64,000 nucleotides of DNA, from NCBI GenBank assembly GCA_950097015.1, contig CATNEN010000003.1:10850001-10914000 (forward strand), given 5' to 3'. Source of the DNA: Macrostomum hystrix. Taxonomy: Eukaryota > Animalia > Platyhelminthes. Each line of letters begins with the position of its first letter. Positions within the stretch are counted from its first letter, which is position 1. Position numbers and translations under genes: made by a program. A model generated the notes under the pieces. It saw only the letters and a program-made list of their open reading frames with translations. It searched no databases and was not told where the DNA came from. Shown piece by piece: positions 12,484 to 25,371 of this stretch.

Positions 12484-13943
12484 GAAAATATTGTGCTAAT
12501 ATGGGAAACAAAAATTAAATTAACTGTAGTGTGACGTTGTCACTTGTTGAAGGCGCCCCTGCAATATTACTCTATGCGTTGATTACATGCTTAATTTCCT
12601 AATTATGTACTAGCTTGGGCCGTTTTAACTCATCGTATAATGTCACCCAATTCTGTTAAGTCATATTAGTAAGTCAAATTATTAGGGCGCTACTGTTAGT
12701 AACCATAAACGCATATCGCGCCATTCTAGCTATTTCCTAGGCGTATCTTAATGTATTTCCCCCCGGCCAATGAGCGTGCGAGCTCTGGCTGGCCGGAAGT
12801 ATCGATCGCTCTGTTTTGCAGTCTGCCTGGTTTACTTAATCAAGGGCTTCAGGCCCGCTCGCGCCTCACTTTCGGTGCATTCTGTTCTGGTTCTGTTCCT
12901 TTCCTCCTCACTAGCATTCTCACTCTCGCCCTTCTTCGTTTTCGTACTGTGCCATTCTTTCGCCACACTCTACTCCATTCGGTTCTGCCATTGTCTAACA
13001 CTTACCATTAACGAGCTCCAACGCCTTACATAACGCCCTGCTTGTCGACGTCCCAGTGCATCCAGAATAAACGTGCTACCGCTACACCACCGACATTGAA
13101 TATTGAATTTAACTCAGAATTGCTGAAAACTACAATCGCCGCCGCTCTGACTTCGACTTCGTCTTTTGTTCAAATCGTCACAGTAGTTTCATGTAGGCAT
13201 TCCCAAATCAAATCAATCCCAATTTTTTTATCGTCGTTTTTGCCATGTTTACTACGCAGGGACTTATCAACTGCGGTGTGCTCCTCATGACTCATTGCCT
13301 CTTCTATTTTTAGAACACTGGAACATTCCTTCACGGAATCTATGTTAGCCAATCAGATAATGGGAAGCAGACCATCGCCAAATATGGTAAATTAGCGCCT
13401 CGTTTGAACGGTCCACATGCCCAAATATGCTTATGCGCGCCGTTTGTCATGTCCAAATATGGAAGTCTGCGTGCCCATTAGCTCATAATGGCAGGGGAAA
13501 ATGTACCTATAAATACTGAAGTATGAGACAGTCGATGTCTACGGATGTGAGGTTTACAAATAAATTTGCTCTTGAAAAAGCTTAGTAGCAAATCAAAAAG
13601 ATCTTAGATTCTTAAAATACCCAATTTTTTTCTGTATATCCCACAATATTCAACCTATAACCTAGAAAATCCAGAACACGGGCTAAATTTTTCCGCTCTT
13701 TTCGATGAAACAACTTCCAGAATCACAAAGCATCGGCATCGCCGATATATTCAAGAGATTTCCCGAATATATTCTACTTTCCCGAATTGCTAATTGATCT
13801 ATCCAAATAGCAATCAGACGAGAAATAAAATTTAAGACTAATTGAACGACTGACAGAACCTCAGAGTTTGCAGACAAAAGACTGTACAGACAGGCCAGAA
13901 ATTCCGTACTCAAATGACGCTTGATGAGGCACGACTCGGCAAA

Positions 13944-15089
13944 ATGTTGGAGCCAAGAGTAATCTTACTACTGATCTGCATGCCGTGGTTTATCGAGTCC
14001 TCAGTCGTCAAGCTGTCATTCGAGAGCAGCAGGCAGTGCAGCCGCCTCCCTGCAGTCAGCAGCCCCGATGCAACGCGTTCCACTTTGACCAGCCCAACAA
14101 CAAGTGCTACCTCGGAGACGCGTGTTCCGAGCTCGCTCAGTGGACTGCCGGTGACTGCGACTCTTACAAGTACACCGATGTGCTGTGTGGAGACTGCGGT
14201 GAGTTGCACAGCTGAGGTGTCACTCTGGCTGCACTGGCTGCATGCCAATCCCATCAGTGCATTGGAGTCACTCAGTCACCAAGCTGAGCATTCACGCACG
14301 CATTTCAGATGTGGCCAAGCCCGTGTTCAGCCAGCTGCAGATGAAGATGTTCTACAAGTTCTCTCGGAGCGGTCTGGTCAATGAGGTCAACCCGAGACTG
14401 TTCTGCCTCACGGCTCACAATGTGATCGTAGATGGCAATGGAGCTCAGTTCAAAGGCCACGCTGGCTCCTACCTGGCAATCGATAATTACAGTTTTAGCA
14501 AGTTTTTTGTTCCGGGATCTTTTCATTCGGTGTTTGTTCGAGTGCGGCACGTTCTCAAGTCAGGTGAGAGAGCTTGCAGAGCAGTGGTCACGAGTTCGAA
14601 TTACATTTGGACATTCGTTGAAGAGTGACAATTTGTGTGTTTGAGGAACCAATTATTTTCAAGCGCCAATATTACCACAAGTTCATGGCATTGCCATGGC
14701 AGTTTTGGTACTTCGTTTATCAAAGAAAACCAATTGGTCTATGGCGCGAAGAAGCTACTGAAAGGCTTCAGCAGTTCTCGACTGCGTTCCTTCTCACTGA
14801 GATTCCTCCCAACTAACGGCCGGCAACAAAACTTCTCAACTGGTAACGCTTTTAATGGAACAGCACATGATCAGTTCTACCTGAATGGCTCCATGGCTGC
14901 AATGGAATCTTACGCTAAAGTCTCTTTATCTGCAGACAACAGAGACCTGTTCGATTGTTTGAGACTGGGTTTGAGTCTAGCTACGATGATTTCTGTCTGC
15001 ATGGAAGCATGTTCTGCTACGGAGTCGGAACTAAACAATTCAATTTGAGCGATTTTGAGCAGCTTGAAATGATCTGCAGCGAAACTTGA
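13944..15089 (+). pseudogene. PAN/apple + LamG-like paralog C, frameshifted. Exon remnants ~13944-14198, 14309-14563, ~14664-15089
   Basis: 8-nt and 44-nt deletions in the PAN exon relative to A/B (net frameshift). Further frameshifts near 14685 and 14975; the homologous tail FCLHGSMFCYGVGTKQFNLSDFEQLEMICSET* lies in another frame. Confidence 0.7.
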
Positions 15090-15392
15090 TTGCCACCACG
15101 GAGTTTTTGGTTAGATTTTGAGATGAAAAAACAGTAAACATGCATTGTTACAAGACTTTAGTAACCAGTTTTCGTCAATGGACAAATAAACTTAAAACAA
15201 AAAAACTAGTAAAACTACCTTACAACATTCCGATTATCACTCGATTAACATATGAACGAATGAATGGGGGCGAATTTATTATTAATGAAAATATGACGAA
15301 AAAAAGATTCCTAGGAGACAACAACAATAGTGCGATGCATAAGGAAAGATTAAGAAAATTGGCTTCTACGTAACAACTTGGAGGGATAAGGA

Positions 15393-15790
15393 AGAATTGG
15401 GAGAGATGGGGAAGAGTTGGGAGAGATGGGGAAGAGTTGGGAGAGATGGGGAAGAGTTGGGAGAGATGGGGAAGAGTTGGGAGAGATGGGGAAGAATTGG
15501 GAGAGATGGGGAAGAATTGGGCGAGATAGGGAAGAATTGGGAGAGATGGGGAAGAGTTGGGAGAGATAGGGAAGAGTTGGGAGAGATGGGGAAGAGTTGG
15601 GAGAGATGGGAAAGAGTTGGGAGAGATGGGGAAGAATTGGGAGAGATGGGGAAGAGTTGGGAGAGATGGGGAAGAATTGGGAGAGATGGGGAAGAATTGG
15701 GCGAGATGGGAAAGAGTTGGGAGAGATGGGGAAGAATTGGGAGAGATGGGGAAGAATTGGGAGAGATGGGGAAGAATTGGGAGAGATGGT
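15393..15790. repeat. 20-bp purine-rich minisatellite (GGGAGAGATGGGGAAGAGTT)
   Basis: About 20 tandem units. Confidence 0.95.
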
Positions 15791-16516
15791 GAAAACATCA
15801 GGGATGCTGGAAATTAGAAAGGTAGAGAAAATAAAATTAATTAGACACGCAAAACAAAGAAACAGCAGGTTTGCCCATTGTATTTAAACAGCAGGTGCAT
15901 AAGATTTACAGGTCACAAAAATAGGCTTTTAAACTATTAGTTACTATGCACAAAGTGGGTTACACCGAATTAAACATATTATAACATGTACTGTACAGAG
16001 CTTTGTATTACATATTCTTCTTAGCAAAATCGACAATTGTTACATAAAATAACTGGTGATTGTTATATGTACATATAAATCATCAAAGAATACTGTTTTA
16101 TGGGAGACAATCTCAGTAATGTTTAAAATCTTCTCACTTTTTATCAAGCTACTGTAAGTAGAAATTAAAGGATATGTGCTCTATAAGTGTAGTAGAAAGA
16201 TATATATATTAGTTCAAGAAAATAAACATGTGGAGGCTCTATTTAAGTGAAATGTGCGTTGTCTAGGAAGATTATTGTTCACTAAATAACCACTTTATTA
16301 TCAATAGCGCACCAACAACAGGGATGAGAATGATATTTTTTATAACTCACCGTGCATCTTTGAGTGTCCGAAAACAAACAGAATAAAACAATGGCGTGAA
16401 TAATGTACACAGGCTTGTGTAACGAAACGAAATTTAGTTTTTGTAGATCTTGAGACAACTGAAACATTTATGGGATAATATATCCCAACTCGAAAAATAC
16501 TTGTCGGGATCATTGT

Positions 16517-16888
16517 GGGGATAATATCCCAACTGCAACAGACTCATTGTAGGGGATAATATCCCAACTGCAACAGACTCATTGTAGGGGATAATATCCC
16601 AACTGCAACAGACTCATTGTAGGGGATAATATCCCAACTGCAACAGACTCATTGTAGGGGATAATATCCCAACTGCAACAGACTCATTGTAGGGGATAAT
16701 ATCCCAACTGCAACAGACTCATTGTAGGGGATAATATCCCAACTGCAACAGACTCATTGTAGGGGATAATATCCCAACTGCAACAGACTCATTGTAGGGG
16801 ATAATATCCCAACTGCAACAGACTCATTGTAGGGGATAATATCCCAACTGCAACAGACTCATTGTAGGGGATAATATCCCAACTGCAA
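16517..16888. repeat. 35-bp minisatellite (AGGGGATAATATCCCAACTGCAACAGACTCATTGT) just downstream of the RSPRY1 stop
   Basis: About 10.5 essentially identical units, no spacers; hairpin GGGAT-AAT-ATCCC. Confidence 0.95.
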
Positions 16889-16993
16889 TATAGTCCTCGT
16901 TGCATGAAAACTAGGACGCAGACACAAAATCCCTATAATCTGTCTCCCAGTCGTTACCCGATAAGGCACTCCCTGTCGGTGCTGTGGGATCCT

Positions 16994-19900
16994 TCAAGCC
17001 AGGTCTGCATGGTCGGGCACGTCAGTGTCCAGTTCGCAGCCTTCAATGCTGGCACGGCAGAAGGGGCATTCTGTGAGCAGGTCGGGACACCGGCTGCACA
17101 GACCGGCGTGGCCGCATGGCCGAAGTCGAACACCCGCTGGCAGATCGGCGCAGATGTGACAGAGGCCGCTGAAATCCTGACGCATCAGGCGTTCGCGACG
17201 ATCCCGCACAGCCGCCGTCCATGGCAGCAGGCGACGCGACGAGGAATCCGGCGGCAGACAGCCGGCGCTGTTCATGGTGTCGGTGAGGCCGTCTGGTCGA
17301 TGGCGAAATGGTCGACTGCCGAAATTGAAGCGGCACTGTTGATTGGACATGAGGCTGGCGGCTGGATACAGGAACTGCTCAGGGCTGCCCTGCTGCTGCT
17401 GGCTCAGAAAGGTTTTGTGAGCCTCGCCTGACAATTTTCCATTTAGGCTGAATCGAGCGCAGCCAGTGTTTAAATCAAGCAGACAGCCGACAATGTCGCC
17501 CGGTTGCCAACGACGCCAATTGTAACCAATCTGCATTTTTCGGTGTGCCCAGATGGGGAAATTTTTTTAGCTAGCTAATCTACGCTGTTTAAGCTGACGA
17601 CATCAAGTGGTTGACAGTAAAAAAAACACTGGGACATTTTAAATACCCACATTATATTGTTAAATATATTATTTTATTGAACCAATATGGATTCGATTCA
17701 TATGGATATGAACCAAATGGTCCTTGTCGCCAGGATCTTCGATAAGAATCGCTGAATATCTCGACGATGCTGACTCGGATGGCTTTGAAAATTAGTGTCA
17801 GCAATGGAATTTATTTTTTTCCAAACATATCGGCAGCATCCAAACCCACTGAATTGCCGCACAGAACTGCTTTATTCCACGCCAGCCGGAATTATTATTA
17901 CCCGACGAAATGTCGGTACTCATTTGCAGCTGAGTAGACTGTGTTCACATCAGGGCAAAGCAGCTTGCCAAAGGCTGGACGAATAGTTCTAGACTAGGTC
18001 GGGAGTCGAACCCAGGACCATCTGATCCAGGGTCCGACACCTTACTGACTGAGCTATCCGCCCTTTAGAAATTCTGGGTGCTGGGTGCAGATTTTAAGTG
18101 CGTTGCTTAAAGACACAAATTAATTCAGTGGAGTCGGGAATCGAACCCCCGACCTTCAAGTCGAGAGTCCGACGCTCTAACCACTAGGCTACAAAGCCTA
18201 AAGAACCAACCTGCGACGGTCGACCACTCTGCCAGATGCACATTCGACAGCCATCGATGCCGAGGCTAAGCGCGTCGTCGCCAACGCCGATGCCTTCGTG
18301 GCTGAGAAACGTGGTGGCGCCAGAGGCCCAGCCAATCTGCATAATTCCGGCAGTGACTAGCTCAACCTCGTAATACCAGCGGCCGCTCATTGGTTTTAGG
18401 CTGACAGGAAAAGTTGCTCGAACAGATTCAAAGCTAGACGCATCCGATCTGGCTTCTAAGCCGTCTGGCAAGATCTGCGCAGCCTCAGTTGATGTCTCCG
18501 GATTGAGTAGGGCATTCAATTTGAGTCTGTCAGATTCGGCAGCCTGCCAGGCGGACACTCGATTAAAAGGTTGGAAATAGTTATCTAGCAGCAGCAGCGA
18601 CAGTGTGGCCAGTTCGCGCATTGGCCCACAATTGGTCAGTTCTAACCAGGTCTCCACTCGACTCAAACAATCCAATAGCGATGGCGCATCTGACGACTTT
18701 GAGCTGTCGGAGCCGACGCATATGCGAGTAACAATCGCTGGTCGATTGTCGCCTATTAATATGAATGTGAAATTATAAATTATAAATAAAACTGGGATAA
18801 AAGTCTGTTAGGTCAAGGGCAGGAAAGACAACTAAGCAGACAAGGTGGGTAGGCTGATTGGTAGGTAGGTAGGTAGAAAGGTGAGCAGCAAACCGCATTG
18901 TTGAATAGATGGGCAGAAAGGTGAGCATACGGGTGAGCATACAGGTGAGCATACAGGTGAGCATACAGGTGAGCATACAGGTGAGCATACAGCTGAGCAT
19001 ATAGGTGAGCATACAGGTGAGCATACAGGTGAGCATACAGGTGAGCATACAGGTGAGCATACGGGTGAGCATACAGGTGAGCTCAGGGCAAAATACTCAC
19101 TAGTAACCAAGAAGGCCTGCAGCATTAGCAAGGCGGCGCTAGCCACCTCCAAGGCCGCTTTATTCTTCTGCAGGTAGACTCGCAGATCCGGATCGCTAGA
19201 ATCCGACTGCTGCTGCTGCTGCTGCTGCTTCTTACTAGGCGGCTCAGGCAGTGCAGCTAGGCGAGAATGCACAAATCTGATTAGCTCCGGTGTTAACAGA
19301 GAGCTAGACATAGCGCCAACCAGTTTAGTAGCCAGAGCGGCCACAACGCAAAGAGAGTTCTTCTGTTTAATTTCTGTCATTTCGGATGCATTGTCAAAGT
19401 CTAACTGTTTCATGAGGTCCGAGATCAACTCCTGTGTGTGGGTGTGTGGTAGACGTTTCAAATCGTTGTTTTACAAAAAAAAAGTTTTTTGCAAGCTACT
19501 GTAAGTAAGTAGGGCAAATCAAAGTGAAATAAAAATTTATAAACTTTTTTTCTCTGCGCGCTACTGTGAGTAGGGTGAATCGCATTGAAAAATAGTTCTA
19601 AATAAACAGAAATGAAATGATGGTATTTGAAGTGGTCTAATCTCACTAACCAATAATGACTAAATTAAAATATCCACCTGGTTAAAGCCATTCCTTCCTT
19701 TTAGGACTTCAAGAAAAGGCCAAACAGAGAGAAAAGTAACGAACAGAGGTTACAAGAATGAAAATAATTTGCATAATGAAACGTGTCTCGGTGTGCGCTT
19801 CTAACTATTACGACGTATTTCGCTCTTTTAGATGGAATTATAAATTTGTCGCGCTAAATGTACTGAAACAGCTGACTGCTAAAATTTTAGCTACACTTAA

Positions 19901-22203
19901 AAAACTTCATTGGGGTAAGAGAGAGAAAAATACATAAAAAGTAAGGTTACAGAACAAAATAAGTCTACTGCAAATGTGAATTTCATTTTTACGAGTGTTA
20001 AACCTATCTTGTTGACATTAGTTTAACTAATTAACGGCCTATTATATTACCTACCTGAAAAATACTTTAAGTGAAATACTAATCAAATCACTTCATTTAC
20101 CTAACCTAATTAAGAACGTGAATCCAAAACATAGACCTAGAATCCCTATCATGAATATAGAATCCCAATCATAGAGCTAGATTCCCAATCATAGATCTAG
20201 AATCCCAATCATGGATATATAATCCCAATCATGGATCTAGAATCCCAATCATAGACCTGGAATCCCAATCATAGACCTAGAATCCCAATCATGGATATAT
20301 AATCCCAATCATGGATCTAGAATCCCAATCACAGACCTAGAATCCCAATCATAGACCTAGAATCCCAATCATAGACCTAGAATCCCAAACATGGATCCAG
20401 AATCCCAATCATAGACCTAGAATCCCAATCATAGACCTAGAATCCCAAACATGAATCTAGAATCCCAATAATAGACCTAGAATCCCAATCATAGACCTAG
20501 AATCCCAATCATGGATCCAGAATCCCAATCATGGATCTAGAATCCCAATCATGGATCTAGAATCCCAATCATGAATCTAGAATCCCAATCATGGATATAG
20601 AATCCCAATCATGGATATAGAATCCCAATCACAGACCTAGAATCCCAATCATAGACCTAGAATCCCAATCATAGACCTAGAATCCCAAACATGAATCTAG
20701 AATCCCAAACATGAATCTAGAATCCCAATAATAGACCTAGAATTCCAATCCTAGATCTAGAATCAGAGAGAAGTATTCACAAACCTTTGTAGGCAGGCAA
20801 CCGCCGTCTAGAATAATGCAGATAATGCATGCGCCCAGACAATGATCGATTGGCACCTCTTCGATTAAGATGCTAACCATGATTAGAAATTGGCGCTCAA
20901 TCTCGGAATAGCTGTGCAGTTGAAAGATCGCGAACTTTTTTAGCGTCTCGTTTTCGTCTCTGAAAAAGCAGAAAATAATTTAACTATGTCCTGGTGTACA
21001 AAAATAATGACACAGCCGATATGTTGAGAAAATAATAATTCCTACGCGACGTCGTAACGTATAACAATTAAATTAGCACCGAAAAAACGATGTGCTTCCT
21101 AATAAGACGATAAGCCATAATGGTAGGAATTTCTATCAAACCCGATATGTATCTAAAAATGTACTTTTTGAAACCCGACAACCCAAAAATATATATATTG
21201 TAGACCCGATATGTATCGAAAATTCCCTAAAATTTACCGTTAACCCTAAAACAGTTTACACGATTTCACAAACGACTTACTGACGTCGTGGCTATAAATA
21301 GCCGTCAAAGAATGTACACTCGTCTTCAATAATTAAACTATTTACCATTATTTTTCATTCAAGATCTTAAGACTAAAACTGATAGAAAGGCTTGAATAAA
21401 TAAGACAGCAGAAGGGTAGAGAGAAGCGTGTTGAAATCAAGATTCAAACCATTAGCCATATCAAAATTTAAATCGTACGGCAGTATCCGGTTTGTGAACT
21501 GCACGATAAGTCTGATTCCCATGCGCGTTCAAAACCCTTTGATATTTATAATTATTAATATTAATTATTGCTGGAGAGCTGCAGGCAATGGCAAATCATT
21601 TGGTGACACTAGACCCGCAGCCAGCGAGGAGGCAATTCTGCCTATTCTGCTGACTTCAGAGCACACACTCACACATCTGCCCTGACTTTATCATCGTCAG
21701 GCTGTGTACACTATCACTGTGCCTTGAAGGTTGGCCCTTAAGCGTATAAATTGCACGCTGCGCACCAAATGAATGTGGCTCTGCCGCGGAATCGAACTCA
21801 GGGACCTCGGTGCCAGAGGCGAACGCGTTAACCGCTCTGCCACTCAGCCCCTTATATATTCCTTATAATAATCACCTTTCAATCTCATTCTCAAAACAGA
21901 GGTTTCCACAGAAAGCCGAACTCACCTATCATAATGTCGCACAATGAATCGCACAGTTAGTCTGATTGACTCTCGCTCATTGAGTCGATTGCTGCCCTCT
22001 CCGAGCAGGTCGCTGAGAAAGCTGATGTCTTCTAGCTGGTCGTACAAGCTGATGATGTAAGGCAGGTGGCGATTCTCCCCCAGCTGCGACAGGTCAAGAA
22101 CCATAGACGACTGACGGCTAACCTCATCCTGTGAGGCTTGCTGCAGCTGACGGCGTCTTTGGCGTTGCACCCGACGGCGACCGCTGATACACGAGTTGCC
22201 CAT
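16994..22203 (-). CDS. RSPRY1: RING finger and SPRY domain-containing protein 1. Exons 22203-21926, 20959-20785, 19431-19101, 18752-18211, 17530-16994
   Basis: All phases join. Motifs: MGNSC N-terminus; VPIDHCLG...LDGGCLPTK; DGLEARSDASSFESVRATF; WYYEVELVTAGIMQIGWA; GIGVGDD; GDIVGCLLDL; C-terminal RING CHIC...PCGH.GLC..C....ECPFCR. Confidence 0.92.
17830..18064 (-). mobile_element. tRNA-derived SINE (family 3) in RSPRY1 intron
   Basis: Reverse complement GGGGCGGATAGCTCAGTC...GGTTCGACTCCC, followed by non-tRNA body CCTTTGGCAAG...AGTCTACTCAGCTGCAAATGAGTACC. Confidence 0.65.
18095..18192 (-). mobile_element. Head of tRNA-derived SINE family 2
   Basis: Reverse complement TGTAGCCTAGTGGTTAGAGCG...GAAGGTCGGGGGTTCGATTCCCGACTCCAC...TTTGTGTCTTTAAGCAA; matches heads at 22470 and 27391. 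Confidence 0.7.
18920..19081. repeat. 12-bp minisatellite (GGTGAGCATACA) in RSPRY1 intron 3
   Basis: About 13 tandem units. Confidence 0.95.
20141..20764. repeat. 20-bp minisatellite (AATCCCAATCATAGACCTAG) in RSPRY1 intron 2
   Basis: About 31 tandem units. Confidence 0.95.
21550..21851 (-). mobile_element. SINE family 1 copy in RSPRY1 intron 1
   Basis: Same body as 9756-10124; head GGGGCTGAGTGGCAGAGCGGTTAACGCG...GAGTTCGATTCC on the minus strand. Confidence 0.82.
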
Positions 22204-22469
22204 AGTATTATTGTTAGCTTTGAAGCTGTAGTAAAAATCTTAGTGTAGTTAATCAATTGGCCCATGGAAGTTATCGAAGGATAGGAATTTTATTCATCTT
22301 CAAATAAGCAAAAAATCATAACTCGAAAGAAGCAATTAAATGACAGTTCATTTGAAGTGAACACACTTTTTCAAACAAACTTGATTGAAGCTAGCTACAT
22401 AATGTATAGAACTAGCTAGTACTATAATTTCTAAAACAATCGATACTTATCCATGTAATGTTAGTTCAT

Positions 22470-22733
22470 ATTAGACCTTGAAGGTCGGGGTTTCGATTCC
22501 CAGAACAATTTGTGTCCTTTAGCAAGACACTTAACTCTGCATTGCTTCAGTTCACCCAGCTGTTAAATGGGTACCAGCAGTAGCTGGGGTAATTGAGGGT
22601 GGGTGTGGCGTCCCCCAGTCCTTGGGCTGAACAGCTGTAGGCAGCCTTCAGATGCGCCGTGCAATAACTGCAGCTGTGCTGTCGGCTACACATCTGGCCC
22701 GATTGGGGCAGGTGTAATTAATTATTATTATTA
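22470..22733 (+). mobile_element. tRNA-derived SINE family 2 with CORE-like central domain
   Basis: B-box remnant TTCGATTCCC, then TGTGTCCTTTAGCAAGACACTTAACTCT...TCAGTT...CTGTTAAATGGG (resembles the CORE-SINE domain) and (ATT)n tail. Confidence 0.75.
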
Positions 22734-25083
22734 GTTCATAATTTAAACTATAATAATTGTATAACAAAAAACTTACCTAAGTACTAAACAATCATATTTA
22801 GCTAAAAAAGACAGAAAATTAGCAATACAGAAATTTGGTGTTAGTGCTGCAGGACTCATCAGCTTGGATGTTATAATTTGTAATATAGTTCAAAATTTTT
22901 ACATAACCTATATAACTAGCTATCTATTGTATGTCAGATTTTTTTACTTCCTTAAAGTCTGAATCAGAAAATGAGATAACTGGGCATTAAAACAAAGTCT
23001 ATTTTATCTTGTCAACAACAAGGCATCTAACCCGAAAGTTGCAAATTAAGGTCAGGGGCAGCATAACTGGCATGCTACAGTCTACAGAGCCAGTAACAAC
23101 AAAATTTGGTGGTGCCAGGTGCTTGTGTTTTGAGTATACTTACTTATTTGTTACTATTTGTGATATACAGCATTATGCCAACCTTAAGCACTAGCTAAGT
23201 GTGCACACAAACAATTCTATGTGAGGCAAGTAGGTAATAGTAAATAGTTTGGCATAATAAATTAAATAAATAAAAACTGTAGAAAATGTCTAATACTTAT
23301 GCATGATAGCTATAAATAGAAATTAGGATAAAAATTTTATTATCATAAGAACTAACTTTTGACTTTACTATTAGGCCTAGCACAACCAGCTAATTATCAA
23401 CATTAACTAATTCACTACTCAACTGGAATATATAACCATCTCTAAAACTACAAAACATCTCAAAAGTTTTTACAAAAAAATGATTTACTAAACTGATACA
23501 ATCTTTTGGGGTAATATTTCTGTTGACCGAAGTTTTCTATTTACTGTTGTTGATTAGCTAATAAATATTAATTTATACAGATACTGGGTATGCTAAAGTG
23601 TCCTTTTGCTAATTTGTTTACCATTGTTGTTATCGTGGCTACATAAAAAACGCGAATGAATACTTAATACGTTTTCAAAATAGATGTATATTTTATCTTT
23701 TTTCTCTAATTCAATTGCAGCACTGAACTGCGATTGCATACAGCAGACCTAGTGTTTTTTATTGTTGTATCAATAAAATAATTTAATGTGTAAAACAAGA
23801 CAGTCATAAAACTAATTCGATATTTTTCACCTTCTTGCTTATGATGCTTTTTCAGAAAAAAACTGTTTTTCGAAGCGCGCACTCTCTTAAAAAGACTTTA
23901 TTCACGATAACAATGATAAGTGATAAAAGTTTTATAGAATTAAAAAAATTAAAAATTAGCGCATATCAACATCTTGCAGCCTAACAAAAGTTATCTTAAT
24001 TAAAAAAAATTATTGTTTATTACTAAATGCACTTACTCGTGAAATAGTTAAATACAGCAATAGCTTTAATTATTATATTTAAAAAACTTCTTTATTAAAT
24101 TATTATTTGCGAAAATTCCAGGAAATAAAGGCATTATTTTTATTAAGCCCAGTCAAAAAATACTTTTCATTTAATTCGTTTTGAATTATGGAATTATAAT
24201 TCTCAGTTTATGATACTTATTTATATAATACAAAGTGGTCACCAAGGCATTCAATCATTTTAGTGCTATTACAATAAAAGTACAAATGTCACATTCGGCT
24301 TTACTTTTAAGCTCTGACCTTATGTATGGTTTCAAACAAAAAGTTTATTTACATTAAAAAGCAATATCTTATGTATGACCTACTTCAAAATGACCCGTTT
24401 ATTCTAACTTGATAAGATAAGATATATTAATAAGACTATGGCTCAATTTCAAATGGAACCTCTGCACAATGATTGATTAAGCTGTTAGGCAAAGACTTAT
24501 ATACAATTTTGTTGTCTAGCTAGCTGCTAGTAGAAAAATAATTCGTAAATATTTGCCAGGCCACTGGCGAAATTATAATAAATGAGTAGTTTATTACTGC
24601 AAAATTTTAGCTTTTAATGTAGTAGAGTCACATACACCTATTGCTATCTTATTTTGTTATTATTATTATCGTTAGGCCTACACCTTTTACAAATTTATTG
24701 TTTGCACAATCCTCATTTCTAGTATAATTTTTTGTTTCTTTTTTTGTTATAATCAATCAAATATGGCAAAACAAGAATTGCATTGTAAGTCAACATTCAA
24801 TTCGGATATGTCATATTAAGAAAGGGACCAGACCAGTGGGTAGCCCAGTAAAGGAAGTTGTGAAAACACTATTTGAGGATGTATTTGAGGCATAGGCCTG
24901 CCAGCTGCCATAATGCAGGTGGTTCATCAGGACATAATATACTATTGTATGAATAGCAACCATGCACATACAGCTGGTTTGTCCCTAGCCAAAGCATTGT
25001 AGACTTAGTGTCAGACATCTAATGTATTATAATATGACAATGCTTGTACAGTTGTATAGGTTATACAGTTTGGTGACTGGTCT

Positions 25084-25371
25084 TAGACATACATGCACAA
25101 CTTCCCAAATATTAGCCGGCCGTGCGACTTAGTTTTTGCTCTCATTTGCAACTTAGTTCATTTCATTGCTCTATTTACGACTTAGTTTGCTCTCATTTGC
25201 TCTCTTTTTCTCTCCCCTTTTTCCTTTTCTTCACACCTTCCTTTTTTCCCTTGGTCCCCCCTTTGATTTTTTTTGCGCTTGGTTGATTGGTTTTTGCAAC
25301 TTACCTTGCTTGGCCCTCGTTTTATCCCGCCGGTTTGGCCAGGTCGGCCGGGTGTTGCGCATGTATGGCTA
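25084..25371. mobile_element. Putative old MITE with terminal inverted repeats
   Basis: TAGACATACATGCACAAC (25084-25101) vs the reverse complement of 25354-25371, TAGCCATACATGCGCAAC (16/18). No clear TSD. Confidence 0.55.

Noticed and set aside
16517-16888. CRISPR array (35-bp palindromic repeat)
   Set aside because: Units are contiguous with no unique spacers, there are no cas genes, and the context is eukaryotic.
16904-17431. Antisense ORFs over GC-rich exons (also 35449-35910, 39565-40170, 56728-57042)
   Set aside because: Shadow frames of real coding exons with no independent motifs.
17990-18192. Two tRNA genes on the minus strand
   Set aside because: A/B boxes are present, but they run into shared non-tRNA SINE bodies and lack convincing cloverleaf stems; these are SINE heads.
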